Assembly (NCBI GenBank): GCA_963766535.1
Contig: CAVYAU010000011.1
Location: forward strand, 149,998-213,997
Direction: 5' to 3'
Origin: an uncultured Actinomycetota bacterium
GTDB taxonomy: Bacteria > Actinomycetota > Actinomycetes > Mycobacteriales > Mycobacteriaceae
Length of the DNA: 64,000 bases
Shown: positions 20,018-30,532 of the stretch, in pieces
Position numbering within the stretch: the first letter of the stretch is position 1
How the letters are laid out: each line of letters opens with the position of its first letter
Notes under the pieces: generated by a model
Seen by the model: the letters and a program-made list of their open reading frames with translations, nothing else
What the model was told of the DNA's origin: nothing
The model's database searches: none
Position numbers and translations under genes: made by a program

Positions 20018-20415
20018 GAACGTTCCCGGGATAGATCGTCGGGACCGAAAGCATCAGGCAGCAGGTCGTCAAGCCGGCGAGGCCCGGCCGGATGGTCGAT
20101 CAGCAGCTCGGGGCCACCGTGCTCCAGTACCACTTGACGGCATCGCCCGCACGGCATCAGCAGGGACCCTTGCGCGTCCACGCACACCAACGCAATCAGC
20201 CGCCCGCCACCGGTCGAATGTAGGGCGCACACCACACCACACTCGGCACAGAGACCAAGGCCATATGAGGCGTTCTCCACATTGCATCCGGTGACCACAC
20301 GGCCGTCGTCGACCAGCGCGGCCGCGCCCACCCGGAATCGCGAATACGGCGCATAGGCTCCCGTTGCGGCGTTAATTGCCTCATCCCGCAGCATATTCCA
20401 ATTGATATCAGGCAT
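20014..20415 (-). CDS. cdd: Cytidine deaminase
   Basis: 133 aa. Zinc motifs CAECGVV and PCGRCRQ. Confidence 0.95.
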   Translation of the reverse strand: MPDINWNMLRDEAINAATGAYAPYSRFRVGAAALVDDGRVVTGCNVENASYGLGLCAECGVVCALHSTGGGRLIALVCVDAQGSLLMPCGRCRQVVLEHGGPELLIDHPAGPRRLDDLLPDAFGPDDLSRERS

Positions 20416-20528
20416 ACCGCAACCCCGCTCAACATGGATGACTCAAGAAAGCAACCCTAACTCTGACACGACGCATGGTCTGGATCGGACTGTCGGCACC
20501 ACCCGCAACCTGGCCAAGCTAGGCTGAA

Positions 20529-21002
20529 TTGCCCGGCTTGAGTGTCCACGAAGGCGGTGAGGACTTGGTGAGTACACAGGCGACAACCGCGGATCCGGCA
20601 AAAGTATCTGCATCATCGCGCAAACGGCGGCCACCCCGGACCCTGTATCGGGGAGACCCCGGGATGTGGTCGTGGGTGCTGCACCGCATCAGCGGCGCGA
20701 CGATCTTCTTCTTCTTGTTCGTACACGTCTTGGATTCCGCGATGCTGCGGGTGAGTCCGCAGACCTACAACGCGGTGCTGGCGACCTACAAGACTCCGAT
20801 TGTCGGCCTGATGGAATTCGGCCTGGTCGCCGCGGTGCTTTTCCACGCGCTGAACGGGATCCGGGTCATCTTGATCGACTTCTGGTCGGAGGGCCCGCGC
20901 TACCAGCGGCTGATGTTGTGGGTGATCGGCGTCGTGTACCTGCTGCTGATGGTTCCGGTGGCGGTGGTGGTGGGAATCCACATGATGGAGCACTTCCGAT
21001 GA
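20529..21002 (+). CDS. sdhC: Succinate dehydrogenase (Sdh2) cytochrome b subunit
   Basis: Three TM helices, with WSWVLHRISGATIFFFLFVHVLD and FHALNGIRVILIDF heme-ligand regions. The start is uncertain; GTG 20568, preceded by GAGGA, is a good alternative. Confidence 0.85.
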   Translation: MPGLSVHEGGEDLVSTQATTADPAKVSASSRKRRPPRTLYRGDPGMWSWVLHRISGATIFFFLFVHVLDSAMLRVSPQTYNAVLATYKTPIVGLMEFGLVAAVLFHALNGIRVILIDFWSEGPRYQRLMLWVIGVVYLLLMVPVAVVVGIHMMEHFR

Positions 21003-21466
21003 GCAGCCCCGACCTTCAGCTCGGGCGCGGCCAGCTAGCCCCGGTGAAGCAGCGCAGCCACGACCGCCCTGCCAGCCTGGACAATCCTCGCTCACCGCGG
21101 CGCCGCACCGGCATACCCAACTTCGAGAAATTCGCGTGGCTGTTCATGCGGTTTTCCGGCATCGCGCTGGTGTTCTTAGCAATCGGGCACTTGTTCGTGA
21201 TGCTGATGTGGGACAACGGCGTCTACCGCATCGACTTCAACTACGTGGCGCAGCGCTGGGCTTCGCCGTTCTGGCAGACCTGGGACCTGCTGCTGTTGTG
21301 GCTGGCGGAATTGCATGGCGGCAACGGCCTGCGCACCATCATCGACGACTACAGCCGCAAAGACAGCACCCGATTCTGGCTGAACTCACTGCTGGCGTTG
21401 TCGATGCTGTTCACGCTCATGCTGGGTACCTACATAGTGATGACATTCGACCCGAACATCTCGTGA
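20999..21466 (+). CDS. sdhD: Succinate dehydrogenase (Sdh2) membrane anchor subunit
   Basis: ATG at 20999 overlaps the sdhC stop (ATGA). Product reads MSSPDLQLGRGQLAPVKQRSHDRPASLDNPRSPRR...FMRFSGIALVFLAIGHLFVML. The upstream part of the 20666 ORF is out-of-frame sdhC. Confidence 0.9.
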   Translation: MSSPDLQLGRGQLAPVKQRSHDRPASLDNPRSPRRRTGIPNFEKFAWLFMRFSGIALVFLAIGHLFVMLMWDNGVYRIDFNYVAQRWASPFWQTWDLLLLWLAELHGGNGLRTIIDDYSRKDSTRFWLNSLLALSMLFTLMLGTYIVMTFDPNIS

Positions 21467-21476
21467 AAGGCGACCG

Positions 21477-23230
<1,754 letters not shown>

Positions 23231-23231
<1 letters not shown>

Positions 23232-24049
23232 TGGCCGCCGCCGACAGTGTCGAACCAGGGGTCGAGCCGACGCTGACACCGCCCTTGCCGCCCATCCCCG
23301 AAGGCGCGGTAATGGTGACCGTGAAGATTGCCCGGTTCAACCCCGACCAGCCCGACGCTTTCGCGAAAACCGGTGGCTGGCAAAGCTTCCGGGTGCCCTG
23401 CCTACTCAGCGACCGGCTGCTGAACCTGCTGATCTACATCAAGAGCTACCTCGACGGCACGCTCACCTTCCGCCGATCCTGCGCCCACGGCGTGTGCGGC
23501 TCGGACGCCATGCGCATCAACGGCGTCAACCGGCTGGCCTGCAAAGTGCTGATACGCGACCTGCTGCCCCCAAAACAGGGCAAGAAACCGGGCAAGCCGC
23601 TGACCATCACGGTCGAACCGATCCGCGGACTGCCGGTGGAGAAGGACCTGGTGGTCGACATGGAGCCGTTCTTCGACGCCTACCGCGCGGTGAAGCCGTA
23701 CCTGATCACCAGCGGCAACCCCCCGACGCGAGAACGGATCCAGAGCCCGACCGACCGCGCCCGCTACGACGACACCACCAAGTGCATCCTGTGCGCATGC
23801 TGCACCACCAGCTGCCCGGTGTTCTGGAGCGAGGGCAGTTACTACGGCCCGGCGGCGATCGTCAACGCACACCGCTTCATCTTCGACAGCCGCGACGAGG
23901 CCGCCGCCGAGCGCCTCGACATCCTCAACGAGGTCGACGGCGTATGGCGGTGCCGGACCACGTTCAACTGCACCGAATCCTGCCCGCGGGGCATCGAAGT
24001 CACCAAGGCGATCCAGGAGGTCAAGCGCGCGCTGATGTTCTCGCGCTGA
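23231..24049 (+). CDS. sdhB: Succinate dehydrogenase iron-sulfur subunit
   Basis: 272 aa. Cluster motifs CAHGVCGSDAMRING, CILCACCTTSCP and CTESCPRG. Start overlaps the sdhA stop by 1 nt. Confidence 0.95.
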
Positions 24050-24062
24050 GCGCGCTGCCGAG

Positions 24063-24089
24063 CGTCACACATTCGGTGGCTGTCCCGTC
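24063..24089 (+). promoter_or_regulatory. Candidate ECF41 (SigJ-type) promoter: cGTCACA-N16-CGTC
   Basis: GTCACA at 24064-24069, a 16-nt spacer, and CGTC at 24086-24089. CGTC ends 8 nt before the ATG of the CMD gene. This matches the ECF41 consensus TGTCACA-N16-CGTC as I recall it, and predicts a leaderless or near-leaderless transcript. Confidence 0.45.
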
Positions 24090-24097
24090 TGACGGGT

Positions 24098-24703
24098 ATG
24101 ACACAGAAAACCCGTATCGAACCCCTGCCACCGAAGCGCGCCGGACTGCTGACCCGCGCGATGTACCGGGTCGCCAAGCGGCGCTACGGCCAGGTCCCCG
24201 AACCGTTCGCCGTCGCCGCGCATCATCGCAGGCTGATGGTCGCCGGCGCCGTGCACGAGACCATGATCGACCGGGCGTCGAAAACACTGCCCGTCAGTGT
24301 GCGTGAGCTTGCGGTGTTCTGGACCGCACGCACGATCGGCTGCTCATGGTGCGTCGACTTCGGATCCATGCTGCAGCGCCTGGACGGCCTGGACGTCAAG
24401 CGTCTCAAAGACATCGACAACTACACCACCTCAACGGCATTCACCGAGGACGAGCGCGCCGCCATCGCCTATGCCGACGCGACGACCACCGATCCGCACA
24501 CCGTCACCGACGAGCAGGTCGCCGACCTCCAGGCCCGGTTCGGCGATGCCGGCGTGATCGAGCTGACCTATCAGATCGGGGTGGAGAACATGCGGGCGCG
24601 GATGAACTCCGCGCTGGGCATCACCGAGCAGGGCTTCAATTCCGGTGACGCGTGCCGCATCCCCTGGGTTACCGAGTCAGCTCCCGCAGCGGAGAGCCGG
24701 TGA
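24098..24703 (+). CDS. Carboxymuconolactone decarboxylase (AhpD-like) family protein
   Basis: 201 aa. CSWC (CxxC) motif in an AhpD-like helical context. 3' end overlaps the sigJ 3' end by 35 nt. Confidence 0.85.
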   Translation: MTQKTRIEPLPPKRAGLLTRAMYRVAKRRYGQVPEPFAVAAHHRRLMVAGAVHETMIDRASKTLPVSVRELAVFWTARTIGCSWCVDFGSMLQRLDGLDVKRLKDIDNYTTSTAFTEDERAAIAYADATTTDPHTVTDEQVADLQARFGDAGVIELTYQIGVENMRARMNSALGITEQGFNSGDACRIPWVTESAPAAESR

Positions 24704-25595
24704 ACTTGTCGGGGTTGGCGATATCCCATAGGGCGCAGACCTTTCCGTCTCGCACGGTCATCGCGAGAATCCGTGGCAGCATTTCCCGATGCCCGTCACC
24801 GCCGGGGCTGCCCGCCGTGTAAGCGCCCAGTTCACCGTTGACCAGCCCCAGCTGATTCGACGAGAAGAATGCCGGGCCGTAACGGCGGGCCAGACCGAAC
24901 ACGAACCGGGCCACCTTGTCCGCTCCATGAATGACATGAACCGCTGTCGGCGCCTTGCCATCCGAATCGCCGGTGAAGGTCACGTCGGGATGCAACAGCG
25001 CCACCACGGCGTCCAGGTCGCCGGCGGCCATGGCGGCCATCAGCCGGCCGACCACCTCGTTGTGGGCGGGATCGGATTTCGGCGGCGGCTCGGCAGCGAC
25101 GGCCTTGCGGGCCCGCGACGCCAGTTGCCGGGCTGCGGGCTCGTTGGTTCCCAGCACCTCGGCCACTTCCGCGAAAGGCACGGCGAACCCGTCGTGCAGC
25201 ACGAACGCGACCCGCTGATCGGGGGACAGGCGCTCCAGCACCACCATCGCGGCGAACCGGGCATCCTCACGGGCCACCACGGCAGACAGCGGATCCGCGC
25301 CATCAAAACCGGTGACCACCGGTTCGGGTAGCCAATTGCCGGTGTAGGTCTCGCGACGATGCGCGGCCGACCGCAACTTATCCAGGCCGAGCCGGCTCAC
25401 CACGGTGGTCAGCCAGGCCCGCAAGTCGGCAATCGCGCCGCGGTTGTCGGCCGAGTCCCAGCGCAGCCAGGCTTCCTGGACGATGTCCTCGGCATCGGCC
25501 ACGGTGCCGGTCAGTCGGTAGGCGACCGCCATGAGATGCGGCCGAAGGGCTTCGAATTCGGCGACCTGTTGGGTCCCGAGCCCAGACCCAGTCAT
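24669..25595 (-). CDS. sigJ: ECF sigma factor, group ECF41 with fused SnoaL-like C-terminal domain
   Basis: 308 aa. Region 2 DAEDIVQEAWLRW, region 4 FAEVAEVLGTNEPAARQLASRARKAV, and a C-terminal extension of about 130 aa. No adjacent anti-sigma gene. Confidence 0.9.
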   Translation of the reverse strand: MTGSGLGTQQVAEFEALRPHLMAVAYRLTGTVADAEDIVQEAWLRWDSADNRGAIADLRAWLTTVVSRLGLDKLRSAAHRRETYTGNWLPEPVVTGFDGADPLSAVVAREDARFAAMVVLERLSPDQRVAFVLHDGFAVPFAEVAEVLGTNEPAARQLASRARKAVAAEPPPKSDPAHNEVVGRLMAAMAAGDLDAVVALLHPDVTFTGDSDGKAPTAVHVIHGADKVARFVFGLARRYGPAFFSSNQLGLVNGELGAYTAGSPGGDGHREMLPRILAMTVRDGKVCALWDIANPDKFTGSPLRELTR

Positions 25596-25600
25596 AGACC

Positions 25601-25656
25601 CGAGCGTAACGCCACGCTCACTTCACGCGCCGAACAGCGCTGTGGCGTTACGCTCG
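25601..25656. repeat. Perfect 15-bp inverted repeat (CGAGCGTAACGCCAC-N26-GTGGCGTTACGCTCG) in the sigJ / aminotransferase divergent intergenic region
   Basis: Read directly: arms at 25601-25615 and 25642-25656. It lies 5 nt from the sigJ ATG (25593-25595) and 8 nt from the aminotransferase ATG (25665). Function unknown (operator or 5' leader hairpin). Confidence 0.9.
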
Positions 25657-25664
25657 CGGACAAT

Positions 25665-27014
25665 ATGACCGAGAACCTGGCCGGCAAGGCTAACCGCCAC
25701 CTGTGGTGCCATTTCGCCCGGCACGGTCCGGACTTCACGCCGCCGATCATCGCTCGCGGCGAGGGTGTCACCATCTTCGACGACCGCGGCAAGAGCTACC
25801 TGGACGCGCTGTCCGGGCTGTTCGTGGTGCAGGTCGGCCACGGCCGTACCGAACTCGCCGAGGTCGCGGCCCGGCAGGCGCAAACGCTGGGGTTCTTTCC
25901 ACTCTGGGGATACGCCACCCCGACCGCGATCGAACTCGCCGAGCGGCTCGCGCACTACGCCCCGGGTGACCTGAACCGGGTGTTCTTCACCACCGGCGGC
26001 ACCGAGGCCGTCGAGACCGCGTGGAAAGTGGCCAAGCAGTACTTCAAGCTCACCGGCAAACCCGGTAAGCACAAGGTGATCTCGCGATCGATCGCCTACC
26101 ACGGCAGCACCCAGGGCGCGCTGGCGATCACCGGGCTGCCGTTGTACAAGGCACCGTTCGAGCCGGTGACACCGGGCGGCTTCCGGGTGCCCAACACGAA
26201 CTTCTACCGCGCGCCGTATCACACCGACGTCAAGGACTTCGGGCAGTGGGCCGCCGACCGGATCGCCGAGGCGATCGAGTTTGAGGGGCCACAGACCGTC
26301 GCCGCGGTGTTCCTGGAACCGGTGCAGAACGCCGGCGGCTCCATTCCGCCACCCCCGGGCTATTTCGAGAAGGTAAGGGAGATCTGCGACGAGTACGACG
26401 TGCTGCTGGTCTCCGACGAGGTGATCTGTGCGTTCGGCCGGATCGGGTCGATGTTCGCCTGCGACGACTTCGGCTACGTGCCCGACATGATCACCTGCGC
26501 CAAAGGCATGACATCGGGCTACTCACCGATCGGCGCGATGATCGCCAGCGACCGGTTGTTCGAGCCGTTCAACGACGGTGCCATGATGTTCCCGCACGGC
26601 TACACGTTTGGGGGCCATCCGGTGTCGGCGGCCGTCGGGCTGGCCAACCTCGACATCTTCGAGCGCGAGGGTCTCAACGACCGCGTCAAACAAAACTCGC
26701 CCGCGTTGCGCGCCACCCTGGAGAAGTTGTACGACCTGCCCATCGTCGGCGATGTCCGCGGCGAGGGATATTTCTTCGGCATCGAACTGGTCAAAGACCA
26801 GGCGACCAAGCAAACCTTCAGCGGCGAAGAACGCCGGTCGCTGCTGCGCCGGGTGTCATCGGCGCTATTTGAGGCCGGGTTGTACTGCCGTACCGACGAT
26901 CGCGGCGATTCCGTCGTTCAGCTGGCACCGCCGCTGATCAGCGGTCAGGCCGAGTTCGACACCATCGAAGCCATCTTGCGCGCCGTGCTCAACGAGGAGT
27001 CGCAGCGGCTCTAG
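25665..27014 (+). CDS. Class-III (omega) pyridoxal-phosphate aminotransferase (Rv3329-like)
   Basis: ATG at 25665 gives MTENLAGKANRHLWCHFARHG. Motifs GGTEAVETAWK, LLVSDEVICAFGRIG and CAKGMTSGY (PLP Lys). The upstream part of the 25359 ORF is antisense to sigJ. Confidence 0.9.
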   Translation: MTENLAGKANRHLWCHFARHGPDFTPPIIARGEGVTIFDDRGKSYLDALSGLFVVQVGHGRTELAEVAARQAQTLGFFPLWGYATPTAIELAERLAHYAPGDLNRVFFTTGGTEAVETAWKVAKQYFKLTGKPGKHKVISRSIAYHGSTQGALAITGLPLYKAPFEPVTPGGFRVPNTNFYRAPYHTDVKDFGQWAADRIAEAIEFEGPQTVAAVFLEPVQNAGGSIPPPPGYFEKVREICDEYDVLLVSDEVICAFGRIGSMFACDDFGYVPDMITCAKGMTSGYSPIGAMIASDRLFEPFNDGAMMFPHGYTFGGHPVSAAVGLANLDIFEREGLNDRVKQNSPALRATLEKLYDLPIVGDVRGEGYFFGIELVKDQATKQTFSGEERRSLLRRVSSALFEAGLYCRTDDRGDSVVQLAPPLISGQAEFDTIEAILRAVLNEESQRL

Positions 27015-27493
27015 CCTTGGCTGTTTCCCGAATCGGCAGTGGCGAGGATCCGCGTGACCGCGTCGGCGGCCATCAACACCTCGCGAGAATGCGCCGTGGT
27101 CGGGTTGTTCACCATCCGCGATTGCGCGTTGCAAAGCCAGGCGAGCGCGGACTGCAGGTCGGGATTGGGTGTGGTGTCGCGATGCAACTTCAGCTCTGCC
27201 AACACCCGGTCTTGCCCGGAGCGCCGAACTTGGGTCCCTTTCTCGACCTGCTTGAGCAACTGTTTCAGCGATCGCGGAGCGGGACTAGGCGAATCACTAG
27301 TGCCATCGTGGTTGCGCCGCCACTTTGACCAAAATCGATCCTTTTGAATGGCAAACCCTTTGGACTTCGGTGTGGGATTGGTCACTGTCACGCTGACCGC
27401 GTGCCAGCGTAGTGGTTCGACCTCGTCCCTGCCGGTCATAAACGGGCTTGGGAACGAAGACTCGCGCAGGCGAATTTGTAACATCCGTCCCAC
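27011..27493 (-). CDS. Hypothetical protein, no recognisable domain
   Basis: 160-aa ORF. By my hand count about 72% of codons end in G or C, with many A/T-ending codons. I judge that coding-like but probably below the level of the neighbouring genes, which I did not count. Its stop shares a CTAG tetranucleotide with the convergent aminotransferase stop. Start uncertain (GTG 27493, ATG 27484 or ATG 27439). Confidence 0.45.
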   Translation of the reverse strand: MGRMLQIRLRESSFPSPFMTGRDEVEPLRWHAVSVTVTNPTPKSKGFAIQKDRFWSKWRRNHDGTSDSPSPAPRSLKQLLKQVEKGTQVRRSGQDRVLAELKLHRDTTPNPDLQSALAWLCNAQSRMVNNPTTAHSREVLMAADAVTRILATADSGNSQG

Positions 27494-27549
27494 CAGTCAC
27501 AGCGCGGCTCCCCGGAATCGGGCCGCCGATCGCCTAGTCTGCACAGACA

Positions 27550-28794
27550 ATGAGCTTGTTACGTTCCGCATCATGCCTGGCAGCGGCGGTTTTTATGCTC
27601 GCCGCTCCAGCAGCGCTGGGTGTGCCGACCGCGATGGCCGAGCCCAGTGCCGGACCCAACGCCGGACCTCCAAACTGCCCGTACAAGGTGTCCACCCCGC
27701 CCGCGGTCGACTCATCGGAGGTCCCCAAAGCCGGTGACCCACCGATCCCACTGGCCGTCCCCCCCAAGCCGGCCGGCGGCGAGGCGCTCGGCAGTTGCGG
27801 CATCGTCACCGCACCCGATACGCCGCCGCTGCCGAACGACGTCTCCGCCGAGGCATGGCTGGTGGCGGATCTGGACAGCGGTGCGGTCATCGCCGCCAAA
27901 GATCCACACGGCCGTCACCGCCCGGCCAGCATCATCAAGGCGCTGGTCGCGATGGCATCCATCAATGCGTTGCCCCTCAACAAGTCGGTCCCCGGGACCG
28001 ACGAGGACGCTGCCGCCGAGGGCACCAAGGTCGGCGTCGATGCAGGCGGGGTGTACACCGTCAACCAGCTACTGCACGGGCTGCTGATGCACTCCGGCAA
28101 CGACGCCGCGCACGCATTGGCCATGCAGCTCGGCGGGATGCAAACCGCGCTGGAGAAAATCAATGTGCTGGCCGCCAAGCTCGGTGGCCGGGATACCCGG
28201 GTGGCGACACCGTCCGGACTGGACGGGCCCGGCATGAGCACCTCGGCCTACGACATCGGCCTGTTCTACCGCTACGCCTGGCAGAACCCCACCTTCAGCG
28301 ACATCGTCGCGACCCGGACCTTCAACTTCCCCGGTCACGGCGACCACCCCGGCTACGAGCTGGAAAACGACAACCAGCTGCTCTACAAATATCCGGGCGC
28401 GCTGGGCGGTAAGACCGGTTACACCGACGATGCCGGCCAAACCTTCGTAGGTGCGGCCAACCACAACGGACGACGGCTGATGGCGGTGCTGTTGCACGGG
28501 ACCCGGCAACCGATCGCGCCGTGGGAACAGGCGGCGCATCTGCTTGACTACGGGTTCAGCACGGCGCAGGGCACCCAGGTCGGCACGCTGATCGCGCCCG
28601 ACCCCTCGCTGATAACGAGCAAGCCGGACAGTGCCGCCGACCGGCAAAGCGGCGCCCGGGCCGCCGGGATCATGCCGTCAGCCGACGCGGTGCCGGTGCG
28701 GGTGGGCGTGGCCCTCATCGGCACCATCATCGTTTTCGGATTGATCATGGTCGCGCGCTCGATGAACCGCCGACCCCAACACCAGCACCGTTGA
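27550..28794 (+). CDS. dacB1: D-alanyl-D-alanine carboxypeptidase (S11 penicillin-binding protein)
   Basis: 414 aa. Signal peptide, SIIK (SxxK), HSGND (SxN) and GKTG (KTG) motifs, and a C-terminal membrane anchor. Confidence 0.9.
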   Translation: MSLLRSASCLAAAVFMLAAPAALGVPTAMAEPSAGPNAGPPNCPYKVSTPPAVDSSEVPKAGDPPIPLAVPPKPAGGEALGSCGIVTAPDTPPLPNDVSAEAWLVADLDSGAVIAAKDPHGRHRPASIIKALVAMASINALPLNKSVPGTDEDAAAEGTKVGVDAGGVYTVNQLLHGLLMHSGNDAAHALAMQLGGMQTALEKINVLAAKLGGRDTRVATPSGLDGPGMSTSAYDIGLFYRYAWQNPTFSDIVATRTFNFPGHGDHPGYELENDNQLLYKYPGALGGKTGYTDDAGQTFVGAANHNGRRLMAVLLHGTRQPIAPWEQAAHLLDYGFSTAQGTQVGTLIAPDPSLITSKPDSAADRQSGARAAGIMPSADAVPVRVGVALIGTIIVFGLIMVARSMNRRPQHQHR

Positions 28795-29156
28795 CCACCC
28801 AAATATGCTGTGGCACCGTCTCTGAAGTGACTGAAGCCCTGTATGAAGACGCTGGCCTGCGGCTCGACGAGGACGCAATCACTATCCGGCGCTACTACTT
28901 GCCGTGGGCTGGGCCGAAGCGGATCGCCTTCTCGCAAGTCCGGCAGATCCACACTCAGCCGATGACCTGGCTTACCGGCAAGGGCCCCATGTGGGGGACA
29001 GCCGACCCCCGCTACTGGTTCCCGCTGGACACGCACCGGCCAGGCAAACGGACCCTCCTGGTGCTTGACATCGGCCACCGAGTAAGGCCGTGCATCACCC
29101 CCGACGACCCCGACCGCGTCATCGAGTTGCTGCGCGGCCGGGTACCGGTCAGCTGA
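28791..29156 (+). CDS. Conserved hypothetical protein (possible bacterial PH-like domain)
   Basis: 121-aa ORF with high GC3. TTG start overlaps the dacB1 stop (TTGA); GTG within ...SEVTEAL is an alternative. The [24 protein letters not shown] pattern resembles small PH-domain proteins. Confidence 0.6.
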   Translation: MTTQICCGTVSEVTEALYEDAGLRLDEDAITIRRYYLPWAGPKRIAFSQVRQIHTQPMTWLTGKGPMWGTADPRYWFPLDTHRPGKRTLLVLDIGHRVRPCITPDDPDRVIELLRGRVPVS

Positions 29157-30532
29157 CCAGCCCGTCGCGGCCGTCGCGGCGGGGCCTGGTGATTGGGCTC
29201 ACCGCGGCCAGCGTCGGCGTGATCTACGGTTACGACCTGTCCGGCATCGCCGGCGCGCTGCTCTTCGTCACCGATCAATTCGGCCTGACGACACAGCAAC
29301 AGGAACTGCTGACCACGATGGTGGTGATCGGCCAGATCGCCGGAGCATTCGGTGCCAGCGCGCTCGCCAATGCGATCGGGCGTAAGAAGTCGATAGTGCT
29401 GATCGCCGTCAGCTACGCGGTGTTCGCACTGCTGGGTGCACTCTCGGTCTCGATGCCGATGCTGCTGGTGGCGCGACTGCTGCTTGGTCTGACCATCGGC
29501 GTGTCGATAGTGGTGGTGCCGGTATACGTCGCGGAATCGGCACCGGCAGCGGTGCGCGGATCGTTGCTGACCGCCTATCAAGTGGCGACGGTCAGCGGGA
29601 TCATCTTCGGCTACCTGGTTGGTTATCTGCTGGCCGGTACCCATAGCTGGCGCTGGATCCTGGGGCTGGCCGCCGTCCCCGCGACGCTATTGCTGCCGTT
29701 GTTGCTGCGGATGCCAGATACCGCTCGCTGGTACCTGCTGAAGGGCCGGCTCGCCGAAGCCCGCCGGGCGCTGCAGCGAGTGGAGCCTGCGGCCGATGTC
29801 GACGCAGAGCTGGCCGAGATCAACCGCGCTTTAGATGAGGGCAGCGGCAGCGTGTCGGAGATGCTGCGGCGGCCGTACCTGCGCGCCACCATCTTTGTGA
29901 TCACCCTCGGCTTTCTCGTCCAGATCACCGGCATCAACGCGATCATCTACTACAGCCCCCGGATATTCGAAGCCATGGGCTTCAAGGGCTATTTCGCGCT
30001 GCTGGCCCTGCCGGCAATGGTCCAGGTCGCAGGTTTGGCGGCAGTGTGCACCTCGCTGCTTCTCGTCGACCGGCTGGGCCGGCGCCCAATCCTGTTGTCC
30101 GGCATCGCCATGATGATCGCCGCCGACATCGTGCTGATCGCCGTGTTCGCCACAGGTTTCGGCGGTGCCGCGCTGATATTCGGGTTCGCCGGCGTGCTGC
30201 TGTTCATCATCGGCTTCAGCTTCGGGTTCGGCTCGCTGGTATGGGTGTACGCCGCCGAGAGCTTCCCGACTCGCCTGCGGGCGGTGGGGTCGAGCACCAT
30301 GCTCACCTCCACCCTGGTGGCCAACGCGATCGTCGCCGCCGGGTTCCTGACCGTGCTGCATTCGCTCGGCGGCTCAGGCGCGTTCGCGGTGTTCGGAGTT
30401 TTCGCGGTGATCGCTTTCGCCGTCGTCTACCGGTATGCGCCGGAGACCAAGGGTCGCCAGCTCGAGGACATCCGGCACTTCTGGGAGAACAACGGCCGCT
30501 GGCCCGACGAGCAGACGAGCCGAACCCAATGA
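29090..30532 (+). CDS. sugI: MFS sugar transporter
   Basis: 12-TM sugar-porter features: GVIYGYDLSGIAGA, GRKKS, PVYVAESAPAAVRG, PETKGRQLEDI. The start is uncertain: ATG 29090 would overlap the previous ORF by 67 nt. Confidence 0.85.
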   Translation: MHHPRRPRPRHRVAARPGTGQLTSPSRPSRRGLVIGLTAASVGVIYGYDLSGIAGALLFVTDQFGLTTQQQELLTTMVVIGQIAGAFGASALANAIGRKKSIVLIAVSYAVFALLGALSVSMPMLLVARLLLGLTIGVSIVVVPVYVAESAPAAVRGSLLTAYQVATVSGIIFGYLVGYLLAGTHSWRWILGLAAVPATLLLPLLLRMPDTARWYLLKGRLAEARRALQRVEPAADVDAELAEINRALDEGSGSVSEMLRRPYLRATIFVITLGFLVQITGINAIIYYSPRIFEAMGFKGYFALLALPAMVQVAGLAAVCTSLLLVDRLGRRPILLSGIAMMIAADIVLIAVFATGFGGAALIFGFAGVLLFIIGFSFGFGSLVWVYAAESFPTRLRAVGSSTMLTSTLVANAIVAAGFLTVLHSLGGSGAFAVFGVFAVIAFAVVYRYAPETKGRQLEDIRHFWENNGRWPDEQTSRTQ

